Origin: Myxococcota bacterium
GTDB lineage: Bacteria; Myxococcota_A; UBA9160; UBA4427
Assembly: GCA_036336835.1 (NCBI GenBank)
Contig: JAYZFK010000005.1
Coordinates: 1 to 64,000, forward strand
Reading direction: 5' to 3'
Length of the DNA stretch: 64,000 bases
Shown piece after piece: positions 43,063-54,647 of this stretch (positions are counted from its first letter, which is position 1; each line of letters begins with the position of its first letter). The notes beneath the pieces were generated by a model, which worked only from the letters and a program-made list of their open reading frames with translations, ran no database searches and was not told the origin of the DNA. The position numbers and the translations under genes are program-made.

Positions 43063-44745
43063 TCACTCGTCGGTCACGCAGCCCTCGGAGGCCGACTTCA
43101 CGTTCTTGATGTACTTGAAGAGAGTGCCCTTCGTGGCCGACAGCGGCGGCGCCGTCCAGGCAGCGCGCCGCCGCTCGAGCTCGTCCGGCGCAACGTCGAG
43201 TTCGATCGAGCGCCGCTTGGTATCGACGTTGATCCGGTCGCCGTCTTCGACCAGGGCGATGGGGCCGCCTTCCTGCGCCTCGGGGGTGACGTGGCCGATG
43301 ATGAAGCCGTGCGAGCCCCCCGAGAAGCGGCCATCGGTGATCAGGGCGACGTGCTCGCCGAGGCCGGCGCCGACGATCGCCGAGGTCGGCGTCAGCATCT
43401 CGGGCATGCCGGGACCGCCCTTCGGCCCCTCGTAGCGGATCACGATGACGCTGCCCTTGCGGATCTCGCCTCGCTCGAGCGCCGCCAGCATCGCCTCCTC
43501 CCGGAGGTAGACCTGGGCCGGGCCGCTGAAGCTCAGGCCCTCCTTGCCGGTGATCTTGGCGACCGCTCCCTCGGGCGCGAGGCTGCCGCGCAGGATCTGA
43601 ATGTGGCCGCTCGACTTGATCGGGTCGTCCCAGCGACGGATCACCTCCTGGCCCTCCGCAAGGCCCGGCGCTTCGGCCACGTTCTGGGCAAGCGTCTTGC
43701 CGGTCACCGTCAGGCAGTCGCCGGTCATCGCACCCTGCTCGAGCAGGAGCTTGATCACGGCTGGCGTTCCCCCGACGAGATGCAGGTCCTCCATGACGTA
43801 GCGACCCGACGGCTTGAGGTCGGCCAGGAAAGGCACGCGATCGCTCACGGACTGGAAGTCGTCGAGTGCAAGCGGGACACCGATCGCCCGCGCCATCGCG
43901 ATCAGATGCAACACGGCATTGGTCGATCCACCGAGCGCGCTCACGATGACCATCGCATTCTCGAACGCATCGCGCGTCATGATGTCACTCGGCTTGATGT
44001 CGCTGTCGAGCAGGTTGAGCACTGCCTTGCCGGCGCGGAAGCACTCGTCGAGCTTGCCGGGATCGAGCGCCGGAATGGATGCGCTGTAGGGCAGCGACAT
44101 GCCGAGCGCCTCGATCGCACTCGCCATGGTGTTGGCCGTGTACATCCCGCCGCAGGCGCCTGCGCCCGGGCACGAGTGGCGCACGATGTCGAAACGCGCG
44201 TCCTCGTCGATGTTGCCGGCGATGAACTCGCCGTAGGACTGGAACGCGGACACGATGTCGAGCGGATTGCCGCTCTTGTCACGCCCCGGCTTGATCGTGC
44301 CGCCGTAGATCATCAGCGAGGGGCGATCGAGCCGCGCCATCGCCATCAGACAACCCGGCATGTTCTTGTCGCAGCCCGGAATCGAGATGTTGGCGTCGTA
44401 CCACTGCGCGGCCATCACCGTCTCGATCGAATCGGCGATCAGATCCCGCGACTGCAGCGAGTAGCTCATGCCATCGGTGCCCATCGACATGCCGTCGGAG
44501 ACCCCGATCGTGTTGAAGCGCATGCCCACCAGCCCAGCGGCCTCGACGCCCTCCTTGACCCTTCCGGCGAGATCGTTGAGGTGCATGTTGCAGCTGTTGC
44601 CCTCGTACCAGACGCTGGCGATCCCCACCTGGGCCTTCTGCAGGTCCGCCTCGCCGAGGCCGGTGGCGTAGAGTTGCGCCTGCGAGGCGCCCTGCGACTT
44701 GGGCTGGGTGATCCGAGAGCTGTACTTGTTGCGCTTGGATGCCAT
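43063..44745 (-). CDS. ilvD: Dihydroxy-acid dehydratase
   Basis: [57 protein letters not shown]. Confidence 0.96.
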   Translation of the reverse strand: MASKRNKYSSRITQPKSQGASQAQLYATGLGEADLQKAQVGIASVWYEGNSCNMHLNDLAGRVKEGVEAAGLVGMRFNTIGVSDGMSMGTDGMSYSLQSRDLIADSIETVMAAQWYDANISIPGCDKNMPGCLMAMARLDRPSLMIYGGTIKPGRDKSGNPLDIVSAFQSYGEFIAGNIDEDARFDIVRHSCPGAGACGGMYTANTMASAIEALGMSLPYSASIPALDPGKLDECFRAGKAVLNLLDSDIKPSDIMTRDAFENAMVIVSALGGSTNAVLHLIAMARAIGVPLALDDFQSVSDRVPFLADLKPSGRYVMEDLHLVGGTPAVIKLLLEQGAMTGDCLTVTGKTLAQNVAEAPGLAEGQEVIRRWDDPIKSSGHIQILRGSLAPEGAVAKITGKEGLSFSGPAQVYLREEAMLAALERGEIRKGSVIVIRYEGPKGGPGMPEMLTPTSAIVGAGLGEHVALITDGRFSGGSHGFIIGHVTPEAQEGGPIALVEDGDRINVDTKRRSIELDVAPDELERRRAAWTAPPLSATKGTLFKYIKNVKSASEGCVTDE

Positions 44746-44835
44746 GTCGTGCTCCGTGAAGGGCGAGCGCGGGAGTCTAGCCTGCATGCCGCGCCGCATC
44801 CGGTACCCTGCGAGCCCACCGCGCGGAGGCTGCGA

Positions 44836-46041
44836 GTGTCCTTCGACTTCAACCCTCTGGACCCCGAGCAGCGAAGAGATCCGTTCGACGCCTACGCACG
44901 CGGTCGCGAACTCCGCATCGTCGGACACGAAGCTCTGCCGATGCCGCTGCACTCGATCTTCGGCTACGAGGATATCCAGGGCGTCCTGCGGGATCACACG
45001 ACCTTCAGCAACGTGTTTCCGCGCGATCCGGCGATCACCCAGGCGATCGGCGAGGAGCCGCCGCAGAGCATGCTCGGCAGCGACCCGCCTCGGCACACGC
45101 GGCTGCGCGGCCTGGTGAGCTCGGCCTTTACGCCCCGCATCGTCCAGCGTCTCGAGCCGCGCATGGTGGAGATCGCGAACCAGCTCGTCGACGAGGCGGT
45201 TGCCAAGGGCGAGGTGGACCTGGTCCAGGCGCTCACCTTCCCGCTGCCCGTCGTGGTGATCGCCGAGATCATCGGGGTGCCGGCCGAGGACCGCGAACAG
45301 TTCAAGGGCTGGTCGGAGAAGGTGGTCGAGAGCCTCGGGCTGGGCCTGCTCACGGGCAGCGACCCCGATCGGGCGCAGCGCCAGCACGCGGTCTTGCGCG
45401 AGATGTCCGACTACTTCGTGCCGCTCGCCGAGCAGCGCCGCCACGACCCGAAGCCCGACTTGATGACCGGGCTCGTACAGGCGCGCTACGAAGGCAGCCC
45501 GCTCGACGCCGACGAGATGCTGCAGATGCTCACGTTGCTGCTCGTCGCGGGCAATGAGACGACGACGACACTGATCGGCAACACTGCAGTGGAGCTGATG
45601 CAGCACCCCGATGCGGCAGAAGCGCTGCGGCGCGACCCGAGTGGAGTGCCGAGCGCGATCGAGGAGGTGCTGCGCTTCAGCTCGCCGATCCAGTTCGATC
45701 CGCGTCGCGTCACCCGCGACACAGAGCTGTGCGGCGCGAAGCTCGCCCGCGGCGACTGGGTGTTGTCGTGGCTCGGCTCGGCCAACCGCGACGGGCGCGT
45801 CTTCGAGCAGCCCGAACGCTTCGACATCCGGCGCCAGAAGAACCCGCATCTCTCGTTCGGCTTCGGCACGCACTACTGCATCGGCGCCAACCTCGCCCGG
45901 CTCGAGGCGCGCGTCGCGATCGACGCAGTCTTGCGCAAGACGAGCGCGTTCGAACGCATCGGCGATGCACCGCTAGCGCTCCACCCGAGCCCCGTGTTCC
46001 GCTCCTACCGCAGCATCCCGGTGCGTCTCGTGGCGGCCTGA
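44836..46041 (+). CDS. Cytochrome P450
   Basis: [42 protein letters not shown] heme motif. Confidence 0.95.
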   Translation: MSFDFNPLDPEQRRDPFDAYARGRELRIVGHEALPMPLHSIFGYEDIQGVLRDHTTFSNVFPRDPAITQAIGEEPPQSMLGSDPPRHTRLRGLVSSAFTPRIVQRLEPRMVEIANQLVDEAVAKGEVDLVQALTFPLPVVVIAEIIGVPAEDREQFKGWSEKVVESLGLGLLTGSDPDRAQRQHAVLREMSDYFVPLAEQRRHDPKPDLMTGLVQARYEGSPLDADEMLQMLTLLLVAGNETTTTLIGNTAVELMQHPDAAEALRRDPSGVPSAIEEVLRFSSPIQFDPRRVTRDTELCGAKLARGDWVLSWLGSANRDGRVFEQPERFDIRRQKNPHLSFGFGTHYCIGANLARLEARVAIDAVLRKTSAFERIGDAPLALHPSPVFRSYRSIPVRLVAA

Positions 46042-46098
46042 CGCGCGCACGCGCAACCCTGTTCGGCCGCGATGGAAATCCGGCCAGGCCCGGGCGAG

Positions 46099-46878
46099 CT
46101 AGTCGTCGAGCTCGGGCGCCCACGCAACACCATTGATGTGGGAGCCGCCGTCGACGAAGAGCGTGTTGCCCGTCATGTAACGGCAGCCCTCGCTGGCGAG
46201 GAACAACGCCACGGGCGAGATGTCGTCGTAGCAGTCCCCGATGCGGCCCATCGGGTTGCTGGCATCTGCCGCTGCGACCAGCTCGGGGTGCTGGGCCATC
46301 ATCGACCGGAATGAAGCGGATTTGGCAGCCGGGCAGACGATGTTGGCGACGATGCCCGAGCCTGCCCATTCGCGGGCGGCCGTGCGGGTCGCGGCGCGGA
46401 GCGCTTCTTTCGATGCGTTGTACTCGACGGTGCCCATGTGGGCGTTCACACCATTGAGCGAGCAGATGCCAATGATTCGGCCGTAGCCCTTCGCCTTCAT
46501 GATCGGGTGCGCGGCAACCATGGCCCAGAAGGGCCCGAAGAACCCCATGTTCAAGCCATGGGTCATCAGCTCGACGGTCTTGTTCTCGATGCGACCGACG
46601 CGACCGCCACCCCAGGCGTTGTTGACGAGGATGTCGAGTGTGCCCCAGCGGTCGACGGCGGCCGCCACCATCGCCTCGACCTGCTTCCTGTCGGACGCGT
46701 CGGTCTCGACGAAGTAGCCGGCGTCACCGAGCTCGTCGGCGATGGCCGCACCCGTCGCGGGATCGATTTCGGCGATCACGATCTTCGCGCCGTGGCTCGC
46801 GAAGCGCCGGGCGATGGCGGCACCGATGCCGTCGCCTGCACCCGTGATCACTGCGATTCGTCCATCCAGCAGTCCCAA
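46099..46878 (-). CDS. Short-chain dehydrogenase/reductase
   Basis: TGAGDGIG, NNA, YNASK. Confidence 0.92.
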   Translation of the reverse strand: MGLLDGRIAVITGAGDGIGAAIARRFASHGAKIVIAEIDPATGAAIADELGDAGYFVETDASDRKQVEAMVAAAVDRWGTLDILVNNAWGGGRVGRIENKTVELMTHGLNMGFFGPFWAMVAAHPIMKAKGYGRIIGICSLNGVNAHMGTVEYNASKEALRAATRTAAREWAGSGIVANIVCPAAKSASFRSMMAQHPELVAAADASNPMGRIGDCYDDISPVALFLASEGCRYMTGNTLFVDGGSHINGVAWAPELDD

Positions 46879-47008
46879 GGCTCCCTCCTCCCGCTCGGAC
46901 CAATCCCGCGAGCGGCGTCCAGTCTACTCGCTGATTCAGAACCGCACCGCCACGTGCGCGGGGTACGCTATGGCGCGATCGATCCACCCAACGGAGACCT
47001 GCCCCACG

Positions 47009-47818
47009 ATGCCCGATCTGCTGTACGAGAAGCGCGACGGAGTCGCGATCCTGACCTTCAATCGCCCCGAGCGGCGCAACGCACTGAGCCCGCAGCTGAT
47101 GGTACTGCTATGCGAGGCGTGGCAGGACTTCCGCGACGACGACTCACTTCGCGTCGCCATCCTGACGGGTGCAGGCGACAAGGCTTTCTGCGCCGGTGGG
47201 GATCTCGGGCTGCTGATGCCGCTGTTTACCGGCGCGCGCCAGCCCGAGGACGAGTGGGACGAGCGATTGATGTCGGACGCCGCGCAGGTAATGGCAACGG
47301 CACTGCTGCGACCGTTCGAGCTGTACAAGCCGATCATTGCGGCGATCAACGGTGTCGCCGTCGCCGGCGGGTCGGAGATCCTGCAATCGACCGACATCCG
47401 CATCGCTTCGCGGGCGGCGAGCTTCGGGCTATCCGAGGCGAAACGCGGCCTGGTTCCGGGCGGAGGCTCGATGGTGAGGCTGCCCCGCCAGATCTCCTAC
47501 TGCAAGGCAATGGAGATCATGCTCCTCGGCGACGAGATCTCGGCCGAGGAGGCGCACCGGATCGGGCTTGTGAACGAGATCGTCGAGCCGACAGCACTGA
47601 TGCCGCGCGCGCTCGAGGTCGCTGATCGACTCGCCCGCAACGGTCCGGTCGCGCTGCGCAAGATCAAGGAGGCAGTGATCCGCACCAGCGGTCTGCCATT
47701 GGAAGAGGCCTACGCGATCGAGCGCGAGTGTGCTGCCGCCGTCACGAGTACGAGAGACGCCCGAGAAGGCCCGCGCGCCTTCATGGAAAAGCGCACACCG
47801 GTGTTCACGGGAGAGTGA
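47009..47818 (+). CDS. Enoyl-CoA hydratase/isomerase (crotonase) family protein
   Basis: NRPERRNAL, AFCAGGDL, AGGSE, E.KRGL.PGGG, F.EKR.P.F. Confidence 0.92.
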   Translation: MPDLLYEKRDGVAILTFNRPERRNALSPQLMVLLCEAWQDFRDDDSLRVAILTGAGDKAFCAGGDLGLLMPLFTGARQPEDEWDERLMSDAAQVMATALLRPFELYKPIIAAINGVAVAGGSEILQSTDIRIASRAASFGLSEAKRGLVPGGGSMVRLPRQISYCKAMEIMLLGDEISAEEAHRIGLVNEIVEPTALMPRALEVADRLARNGPVALRKIKEAVIRTSGLPLEEAYAIERECAAAVTSTRDAREGPRAFMEKRTPVFTGE

Positions 47819-47837
47819 GAGCCCGTCGAAACTGGGG

Positions 47838-48941
47838 CTACAGGTGGTAGATCAGCATGCCCCGCCGGTCGCGGTGGACCTCGGCTTCACCGGCCAGCCG
47901 CAGATGCTCGAGATGCGCATACGTCTCGCTCTCGGCCATGGCCCCCCAGCTGCGCTGCTTGAACAGCCGCTGCGAGAAGGCCTCGACCGTCTCGGGGCCG
48001 ATCCCGCGTGCGATCTCCCGGACCTTGTCGAGCCGCTCGTCGTGATGCTGCTGGATCGCGTGACAGCGAGCCGCGAGATCGCTGAACGGGTGGCCGTGGG
48101 CGGGCAGCACCTGCTTGACGTGCGGGATCGCCGCGCACAGATCGAGTGATTCGTAGAACGTGCGCAGCGGGTCGAGCGAACGAGCCACGCCGCCGATGTG
48201 CGGCGTGATGGTGGGCAGCACGTGGTCACCCGACAGGAACACCTCTTCCTCCGGGCAGTGCAGGCAGATGTGGTCTTCGGTGTGCCCCGGGGTGTGAAGG
48301 ATGAAGTACTCGCGCTTCGCCAGGCGCAGCACTTGCAGATTCGTAACCGGGTCCGTGATCGTGGGAACGAACTGGATGCCGCGAAAGGTGCGCAGGGCCA
48401 GGTACACCCAGCGCGCGAAACCCGACGGACCGGGACGCTTGCCGCCCCACGGCGCCCGGCCCCGGAAGCCCCGATGCTGCGGCGGAGGCCACGTCGGTAG
48501 CGGGCGGCCCGATGCCTCGGCCTCCAACTCCGCATCCTCCGCTTCGGCGGCCGCCTCCTGATCCTCGACGGATGCCTTGGCTTCGTCCTCGGGTGAGGGC
48601 ACGCCGAAGAAGAACGAGTCGTGGCCGACGACCTTGGCCCCCGCTTCCTTCGCGAGCCGCACCGCGCCGCCGAAGTGATCGGGGTGGGAGTGCGTGACGA
48701 TCACCGTGTGAACGTCCTTCACCTTCAGGCTGGCCTGGCCGAGGCGATCCTCGAGCGCGGCATAGGTACTCGGACCGGGAAGTCCGGGGTCGACCACTGC
48801 ACAGCCATCGTCGTCGACCAGCGCGTAACAGTTGACGTGGCGGAGGCCGGGAAGCCGGATCGGCAGCTCCATCCGAAGAACGTTCTTCGCGACTTCCGAA
48901 ATTTCGCGTCGCGCCGGTTCCTGTTCCTGCTTCTTCGCCAT
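47838..48941 (-). CDS. MBL-fold metallo-hydrolase with C-terminal winged-helix-like tail
   Basis: VDPG, THSHPDHFG, TPGH, SGDHVLP.ITP, PAHG. Confidence 0.88.
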   Translation of the reverse strand: MAKKQEQEPARREISEVAKNVLRMELPIRLPGLRHVNCYALVDDDGCAVVDPGLPGPSTYAALEDRLGQASLKVKDVHTVIVTHSHPDHFGGAVRLAKEAGAKVVGHDSFFFGVPSPEDEAKASVEDQEAAAEAEDAELEAEASGRPLPTWPPPQHRGFRGRAPWGGKRPGPSGFARWVYLALRTFRGIQFVPTITDPVTNLQVLRLAKREYFILHTPGHTEDHICLHCPEEEVFLSGDHVLPTITPHIGGVARSLDPLRTFYESLDLCAAIPHVKQVLPAHGHPFSDLAARCHAIQQHHDERLDKVREIARGIGPETVEAFSQRLFKQRSWGAMAESETYAHLEHLRLAGEAEVHRDRRGMLIYHL

Positions 48942-48982
48942 GGCTCGACACTACCCGATCGGATCCTCAGTCGCGCCTGGGG

Positions 48983-49594
48983 TCAGGCTTGCGTAATAGG
49001 CAGGTGGCGCGGCTGGGCGCGGACTCGCTCTTGCCAGACGAGCACCTCCGGGAAACGTCCCAGCTCGAAGTCAGCCTCGTCCGCGACGTGCGTGTACGCG
49101 TAGAGCGAGATGTCCGCCAGGGTGTATGCGCTCCCTGCCATCCACTCGCGGCCGCGCAGGTGCTCGTTCAGGACCCCGAGCGCGCGGTACCCACCGTCGA
49201 GCTTCTCGCGATAGCGCTCTTCGCCGATCTCCTCGGCCGACTGGCCGAGGGAGGACCGCCAGAACCGGAGCGTTCCGATGAATGGCTCGAGGCTGTACTG
49301 CTCGAAACACATCCACTGCCACATCTGCGCTCGTTCGTAGGCATCGACCGGAACGAATCGCGTCTGCTCGGCAAAAAACGACAAGATCGCGTGCGATTCG
49401 CACAGGAGCCGCCCATCTTCGAGCTCGAGCATCGGCACCTTTCCATTGGCGTTCTTGGCGAGAAAGGCGGGCTCGCGAGTGATCCCGGTCTTGATGTCGA
49501 GTAGTACGAGCTCGTAGGGCACGCGCAGTAGGGTCAGCAGCAGCCGCACTTTGTAGCCGTTGCCCGAGGGCAGATAGTCGTAGAGCTTGATCAT
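48983..49594 (-). CDS. Glutathione S-transferase family protein
   Basis: SGNGYKVRL, N.NGKVP, ES.AIL, FEQYS.EP, TLADISLYAYTH. Confidence 0.9.
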   Translation of the reverse strand: MIKLYDYLPSGNGYKVRLLLTLLRVPYELVLLDIKTGITREPAFLAKNANGKVPMLELEDGRLLCESHAILSFFAEQTRFVPVDAYERAQMWQWMCFEQYSLEPFIGTLRFWRSSLGQSAEEIGEERYREKLDGGYRALGVLNEHLRGREWMAGSAYTLADISLYAYTHVADEADFELGRFPEVLVWQERVRAQPRHLPITQA

Positions 49595-50631
49595 GTAGCG
49601 GCCTCCGCGCCCGCCTCGACGGGCCTGCTCGCCAGCACGATCCACTCCTCGCCACACGGCTCGCCGCGCGCCACGCGCGAGTGCTCGCCGAGCCAGAACC
49701 GGATCCCAGCCAGGCGCTCGGCCAGCGGCAGCGCAGCCACGCGGATGCCCGGCAACGCACCGTCGCGCTCGATGCCGCGACTGGCGCTCCACACGAAGTG
49801 GGCCGAGCCGGCGCAGCTGAAGACGCGTTCCACAGCAAAGCCGCTCGCTTCCACCAGGCGGCGAAGTGCCCGCTCGCCGCGCAGCTCGAGATGACGCGGC
49901 GGGTCCCAGTGCAGCCAGCTCGCGCCAAAGCGCTCGCGTGCGGCACTCGACGGATTGGGCGTCGCCAGCGACAGCCGACCACCCGGCCGCAACACGCGCA
50001 GACAGCCGGCCAGGGTGGCAGGGGCATCCGGCAGATGCTCGAGGACGTGATCGAGGACGACGGCGTCGTACTCGGCCGTACCCATCTCGTCGAGCGTCGC
50101 CGCGATCCGGGCACCGCTTCGCTCGCGCGCCGCGCGCGCGGCCTCGGCGTCGAGTTCCACACCAGCAACGCTCCAGCCGAGGTCGCGCATCCGCGCCAGC
50201 AGTTCGCCCGAGCCACAACCCACGTCGAGCAGCCGCCCGCCGGCCCGCGCGGGCAGCCACAGCACCGCTCGCTCGCCGATCGTGCGCAGCGGGCCGAACG
50301 ACGAGATGGCGCGTCCCGCGCAACGCGCGAGTGGACTCACGCGATCTCGGTACCCGAGCCGCGCCGCCGGAACCGCACGCTTGAGCCAGGGTTCGAATCC
50401 CCCCGGAGCCCCAACATTGCGCTCGCGACGGTCGACGTGGGTGTAATAGTCGCGGTAGCTGCGGTGCAGCTCGTCGGGATCGGGTGCGGGGTCGAGCCAG
50501 AACCGGTCGCACGCGTTGCAGTGCAGCATGCGCCACACGCCCTCGACACCGAAGTGGCGATCGCACAGGCCGTCGTGCACGACTCGACCCGGATCACCAC
50601 AGTCGCGGCACACTGCAGCGACTTCGCTCAT
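49591..50631 (-). CDS. Class I SAM-dependent methyltransferase with N-terminal zinc finger
   Basis: CRDC...CNAC, LLDVGCGSG, HVLEH, TPN, PPRHL. Confidence 0.85.
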   Translation of the reverse strand: MSEVAAVCRDCGDPGRVVHDGLCDRHFGVEGVWRMLHCNACDRFWLDPAPDPDELHRSYRDYYTHVDRRERNVGAPGGFEPWLKRAVPAARLGYRDRVSPLARCAGRAISSFGPLRTIGERAVLWLPARAGGRLLDVGCGSGELLARMRDLGWSVAGVELDAEAARAARERSGARIAATLDEMGTAEYDAVVLDHVLEHLPDAPATLAGCLRVLRPGGRLSLATPNPSSAARERFGASWLHWDPPRHLELRGERALRRLVEASGFAVERVFSCAGSAHFVWSASRGIERDGALPGIRVAALPLAERLAGIRFWLGEHSRVARGEPCGEEWIVLASRPVEAGAEAAT

Positions 50632-50829
50632 CGAGCCCCCACTGGTCCACCTCGAAGCGCACGAGAATAACGCACGGACCCCTCGCCTCGCGGCTGCCGG
50701 CGCGCTGCGTATTCCCTGCACAGGTCCAGCGGAGCACAGGGGCCGCTTCGGCAGATCGGCTATGTGGTAGCCTTTCGCGAACGACGCGGCCTGCCGATCC
50801 CCACGCCAGGCTCCCGTGGAGGAACACGC

Positions 50830-51795
50830 GTGATCGCCGTCGTGATCCCGTGCCATCGCGTCAAACACCACGTACTCGGCGTACTGGCCGCGATCGGCCC
50901 CGAGTGCAACGCCATCTACGTGGTGGATGACGCCTGCCCCGAGCACACCGGGGACCACGTCGAGCGCGAGGCGCACGACCCACGCATCCGCGTGATCCGC
51001 AACCCCAGCAATCTCGGCGTCGGCGGCGCAACGCTGGCCGGCTACGCCGCCGCGCTCGCAGATGGTGCGCGGATCATCGTCAAGTGCGACGGCGATGGGC
51101 AGATGGACCCCGCGATGATCCCTCGGCTCGTCCGCCCCATCCAGAGCGGCGAAGCCGACTACACCAAGGGCAACCGCTTCTTCGACCTGTCCGGTCTGGA
51201 TCGGATGCCAAAGCTTCGACTGCTCGGCAACTCGCTGCTCTCATTCCTGACCAAGCTCTCGAGTGGCTACTGGAACGTCTTCGATCCGACCAATGGCTTC
51301 ACGGCGATCCACGCATCGGTGGCGCGCGAGCTCCCCGTCGACAAGATCGCCCGCGGTTTCTTCTTCGAATCCGACATGCTGTTCCGACTCGGCACGCTGC
51401 GAGCGGTCGTCTGCGATGTTCCGATGCCGGCGCGCTACGGCGATGAGAGTAGCAACCTCCGCATCGCTCGGATCGCAGGTCTCTTCGCGATGAAGCACGT
51501 CATCAATACCGCGAAACGGATCTTCTACAATTATTATCTGCGCAACTTCAACATCGCGTCGATCGAGATCCTCGTCGGCCTGCTGTTGATCGGCTTCGGG
51601 GCCTGGTTCGGTGGCACGCACTGGCTCGAAGGCATCCGCCGCAACGTTCCGCAGACCAGCGGCACGGTGATGGTGGCGGCGCTGCCGGTCATCGTGGGCA
51701 TCCAGCTGCTACTCGCCGCACTGAGCTACGACCTGCAGAACGTGCCCCGAGACGTGATGCACAAGCGCCTGGCGCCGGGCCCCGACAAGCCGTGA
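50830..51795 (+). CDS. GT2 glycosyltransferase (polyprenol-phosphate sugar synthase-like)
   Basis: VVIP, VVDDAC, NLGVGGA, DGDGQMDP, KGNRF, DPTNGF; two C-terminal TMs. Confidence 0.9.
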   Translation: MIAVVIPCHRVKHHVLGVLAAIGPECNAIYVVDDACPEHTGDHVEREAHDPRIRVIRNPSNLGVGGATLAGYAAALADGARIIVKCDGDGQMDPAMIPRLVRPIQSGEADYTKGNRFFDLSGLDRMPKLRLLGNSLLSFLTKLSSGYWNVFDPTNGFTAIHASVARELPVDKIARGFFFESDMLFRLGTLRAVVCDVPMPARYGDESSNLRIARIAGLFAMKHVINTAKRIFYNYYLRNFNIASIEILVGLLLIGFGAWFGGTHWLEGIRRNVPQTSGTVMVAALPVIVGIQLLLAALSYDLQNVPRDVMHKRLAPGPDKP

Positions 51796-52787
51796 CCCGG
51801 CGCATCGGCCTGTTCGCCCTACGGCTCGCCGTCGCCGTCGGAGGACTGACGCTGGTGATCCGACTCGCCATCCCCGGCGCCGGCGAGGGCCTGCTCACGC
51901 GTCTGCGCTCGGCCTGGGTGGCCGAGCCGATCGAAACGTGGAGCGGGATCCTGGTTGCAACCGCGCTGTTCGGTGTCAGCTACGCAATCGGAGCGATGCG
52001 CTTCCGCTTGCTGCTTGCTTCCGCAGGTCTGCCCGCGCGCTTCGGAAGCCTGTTGCGCGCGTACCTGATCGCGAGCTTCTTCAACCTCGTGCTTCCCGGC
52101 CTGATCATGGGCGACGTCTACCGTCTGGCCGACGCGCGCCGCGACACCGGCCGCGGCGCAGCCGTGCTCGGCATCGTCGTGCTCGAGCGGTTGCTGGGTT
52201 TCGCCGCGCTCGGTGCGATGGCGTTGCTGGCCGCTCCGCTGTTGCCGGGCGAAACAGCACTCTGGGTGCGCCTGACTGTCGGGCTCCTCGGCGCAGCCAC
52301 ACTGCTCGGACCTTTCGTGCCGTCTAGTACCGCGGGTCGGCGGGTCGCCACGACGCTCGCGAACGCGCTCTCACGAGTCTGGCCGCGCGCTGGCGATACC
52401 GCAGTCAGCGCGCTCGAGGCGATAGGGCGCGCCGCTCTACAGCCCGCCGTACTCGCGCGCGCGTTCGGGCTCTCACTGGCCAATCAGTGGCTACCCGTCT
52501 TCGCCGTCGTTGCCCTCGCGTCGCCCCTCGACACGAACATCGCGGTCTACTGGTACGCGGTGATCATCCCGTTCGTCACGCTCGCGAGCCTGCTGCCGAT
52601 CAGTATCGGCGGAACCGGTGTGCGCGAGGCCTTGTTCGTCGGCCTGTTCGGAGCCGTGGGCATGCGTCCCGAGGTCGCACTCGTGCTGGCACTGTCTACC
52701 TTGTTCGTCGCCCTCGCCTGGGGTCTGGTCGGACTGTTGTTGTTCACCCTCGGTCGCCGCCATCCCGGCATCGCGGCAACGGTATGA
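51792..52787 (+). CDS. LPG-synthase TM / UPF0104 flippase-like membrane protein
   Basis: FFNLVLP...GDVYR, ERLLG, PISIGGTGVRE. Confidence 0.85.
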   Translation: MTRRIGLFALRLAVAVGGLTLVIRLAIPGAGEGLLTRLRSAWVAEPIETWSGILVATALFGVSYAIGAMRFRLLLASAGLPARFGSLLRAYLIASFFNLVLPGLIMGDVYRLADARRDTGRGAAVLGIVVLERLLGFAALGAMALLAAPLLPGETALWVRLTVGLLGAATLLGPFVPSSTAGRRVATTLANALSRVWPRAGDTAVSALEAIGRAALQPAVLARAFGLSLANQWLPVFAVVALASPLDTNIAVYWYAVIIPFVTLASLLPISIGGTGVREALFVGLFGAVGMRPEVALVLALSTLFVALAWGLVGLLLFTLGRRHPGIAATV

Positions 52788-53704
52788 GCGAGGCCATCAC
52801 GCTATCGATTCCCTACTACCGAGGGAACGCGTATCTGCGCCGAGCAATCGAGAGCGTGCTCGAGCAGGATGACGGCGAGTGGCTGCTCGCGATCCGCGAT
52901 GACGGCGAACGCGACGAGGCCCGCGCCGTCGTCGATGGGCTCGGGCTCACCGACGACCCGCGTGTGAGCTGCGTCCGCAACGCCTCGAATCTCGGAATGG
53001 TCGCCAACTGGAACCTCTGCCTCGACGCCGTCGAGACGCCGCTGGCGACGCTGCTCCACGCCGACGACGCGCTCGGCCCCAGCTACGTTCGCACCATGCG
53101 CGCGCTCGCCGGTGCAAATCCCGACGACACGGCCTTCTTCTGCGAGGCGCGTATCATCGACGAGAGCGGAAACCAGCGCTTCTCGCTCGCGGACTGGATC
53201 AAACGCTTCTACCTGCCCGCACGAGCGGCCAGCGGCGATTCCTTCTCGCTCTCCGGGGAGAGCGCCCTCGAGGCCCTGATGGCCGGAAACTTCATCATGT
53301 GCCCGACGCTGTGCTTCCGGCTCGACAAGCTCGCGGGGCGTCGCTTCGATGCGAGCCACCACCAGGTCCAGGATCTCGAGTTCACCTCGCGCCTGTTGAT
53401 GGACGGCGACACACTTGTCGGCACCCGATGGACCCACTACGCGTACCGGCGCCACGCGGCCGGAGCCACCGCGCTGCAGTCCGAGAGCCTGTTGCGGTTC
53501 CAGGAAGAGCTTGCGTTGTTCGATCGGGTTGCCGAGCGCGCGGCAGCCATCGGCTGGAGCCGTGCCGCTCGCGTCGCACGTCGCAAGACGATCGTACGTC
53601 TCCACCTCGGCTACCGCGCGGCGGGCAATCTGACGCGGTTGCGGGTCCGGCGCGCCTTGCGCGAGCTGGGGCTCGCAGCGGGCCGGCAGCGACCCCGCGC
53701 GTGA
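52784..53704 (+). CDS. GT2 glycosyltransferase
   Basis: IPYY, SVLEQ, DD, NLGMVANWN, LHADD, YRRH. Confidence 0.85.
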   Translation: MSEAITLSIPYYRGNAYLRRAIESVLEQDDGEWLLAIRDDGERDEARAVVDGLGLTDDPRVSCVRNASNLGMVANWNLCLDAVETPLATLLHADDALGPSYVRTMRALAGANPDDTAFFCEARIIDESGNQRFSLADWIKRFYLPARAASGDSFSLSGESALEALMAGNFIMCPTLCFRLDKLAGRRFDASHHQVQDLEFTSRLLMDGDTLVGTRWTHYAYRRHAAGATALQSESLLRFQEELALFDRVAERAAAIGWSRAARVARRKTIVRLHLGYRAAGNLTRLRVRRALRELGLAAGRQRPRA

Positions 53705-53720
53705 TACCCTCCTGCACCAT

Positions 53721-54647
53721 GTGTCCGCCTCGCGTGCGGCAACGCAGGCTCTGGGCGCAAGCAACGCGCTGGGGGTTTCTCGTCTGACCACCGACCTCGA
53801 ACGCGCTCGGAGTGACTACGCTCGGAAGGTGGCAAAGCTCGCCTCGCTTCGAACGCCCGGCCTCGCTCGCGCGTTCGCAACGGTGCCCCGAGAGAACTTC
53901 GTCGGGCCCGGTCCGTGGCAGGTCCTGCGGCCCCCGACCGAGGAGGGCTATTCCCAGACGCCCGACGACGATCCCGTTCACCTCTACGACACCGTGCTGG
54001 TCGCACTCGATCCTCAGCGCAAGATCAGCAATGGAGAGCCGGTCGCGCTCGCCCAGTGGCTCGACCAGCTCGAGCTCGAGCCCGGGAACAGGTTCGCCCA
54101 CGTGGGCTGCGGGGTCGGCTATTACACCGCGATCGCAGCCGAAGCAGTGCGTCCCGGTGGCCGGAGCCTCGGACTCGAAGTCGTTCCCGATCTCGCCGAA
54201 CGAGCAGGACGCAACCTGGCTTCCTACGACGATATCGAGGTCCGCGAGGCGGGCGCGTTCGCGCCCGACGACGGGCCCTTCGACGCCATCTTCGTCAATG
54301 CCGGCGCCACGAGCGTCCTCCCAGCCTGGCTCGACCTGCTCGCGGACCGAGGACGACTGCTGTTGCCGCTCACCGTCTCGATCACGGGCGGCGACATCGG
54401 GGCCGGCCGGGTGCTCCTGATCGTGCACCGCGGGGATGCCTTCGAGGCGCGCTTCGTATCCTTCGCCGCCATCTTCCACTGTGCCGGGGCACGCAGCGAG
54501 GAAGGCGACCAGGCGCTGCGAGCCGCCTACAGGGAGGGAGATGCGGACGAGGTTCGCAGTCTGCGGCGAGACACCCACGACCGATTGGCCACCTGCTGGC
54601 TCCACACCAGCGAGTTTTGCCTCTCCTATGCCGAGCCGGCTGACTGA
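53721..54647 (+). CDS. Protein-L-isoaspartate O-methyltransferase-like protein
   Basis: AFATVPRE.F.GPGPW, HVGCGVGYYTA, FDAIFVNAG, GRLLLP; start uncertain. Confidence 0.82.
   Translation: MSASRAATQALGASNALGVSRLTTDLERARSDYARKVAKLASLRTPGLARAFATVPRENFVGPGPWQVLRPPTEEGYSQTPDDDPVHLYDTVLVALDPQRKISNGEPVALAQWLDQLELEPGNRFAHVGCGVGYYTAIAAEAVRPGGRSLGLEVVPDLAERAGRNLASYDDIEVREAGAFAPDDGPFDAIFVNAGATSVLPAWLDLLADRGRLLLPLTVSITGGDIGAGRVLLIVHRGDAFEARFVSFAAIFHCAGARSEEGDQALRAAYREGDADEVRSLRRDTHDRLATCWLHTSEFCLSYAEPAD

Noticed and set aside
42790..46041. 1083-aa plus-strand ORF and 936-aa minus-strand ORF (43063-45873) suggesting giant fusions
   Set aside because: Each is a real gene (P450 from 44836; ilvD from 44745) extended by the stop-free antisense frame of the divergent neighbour, which is typical of high-GC DNA
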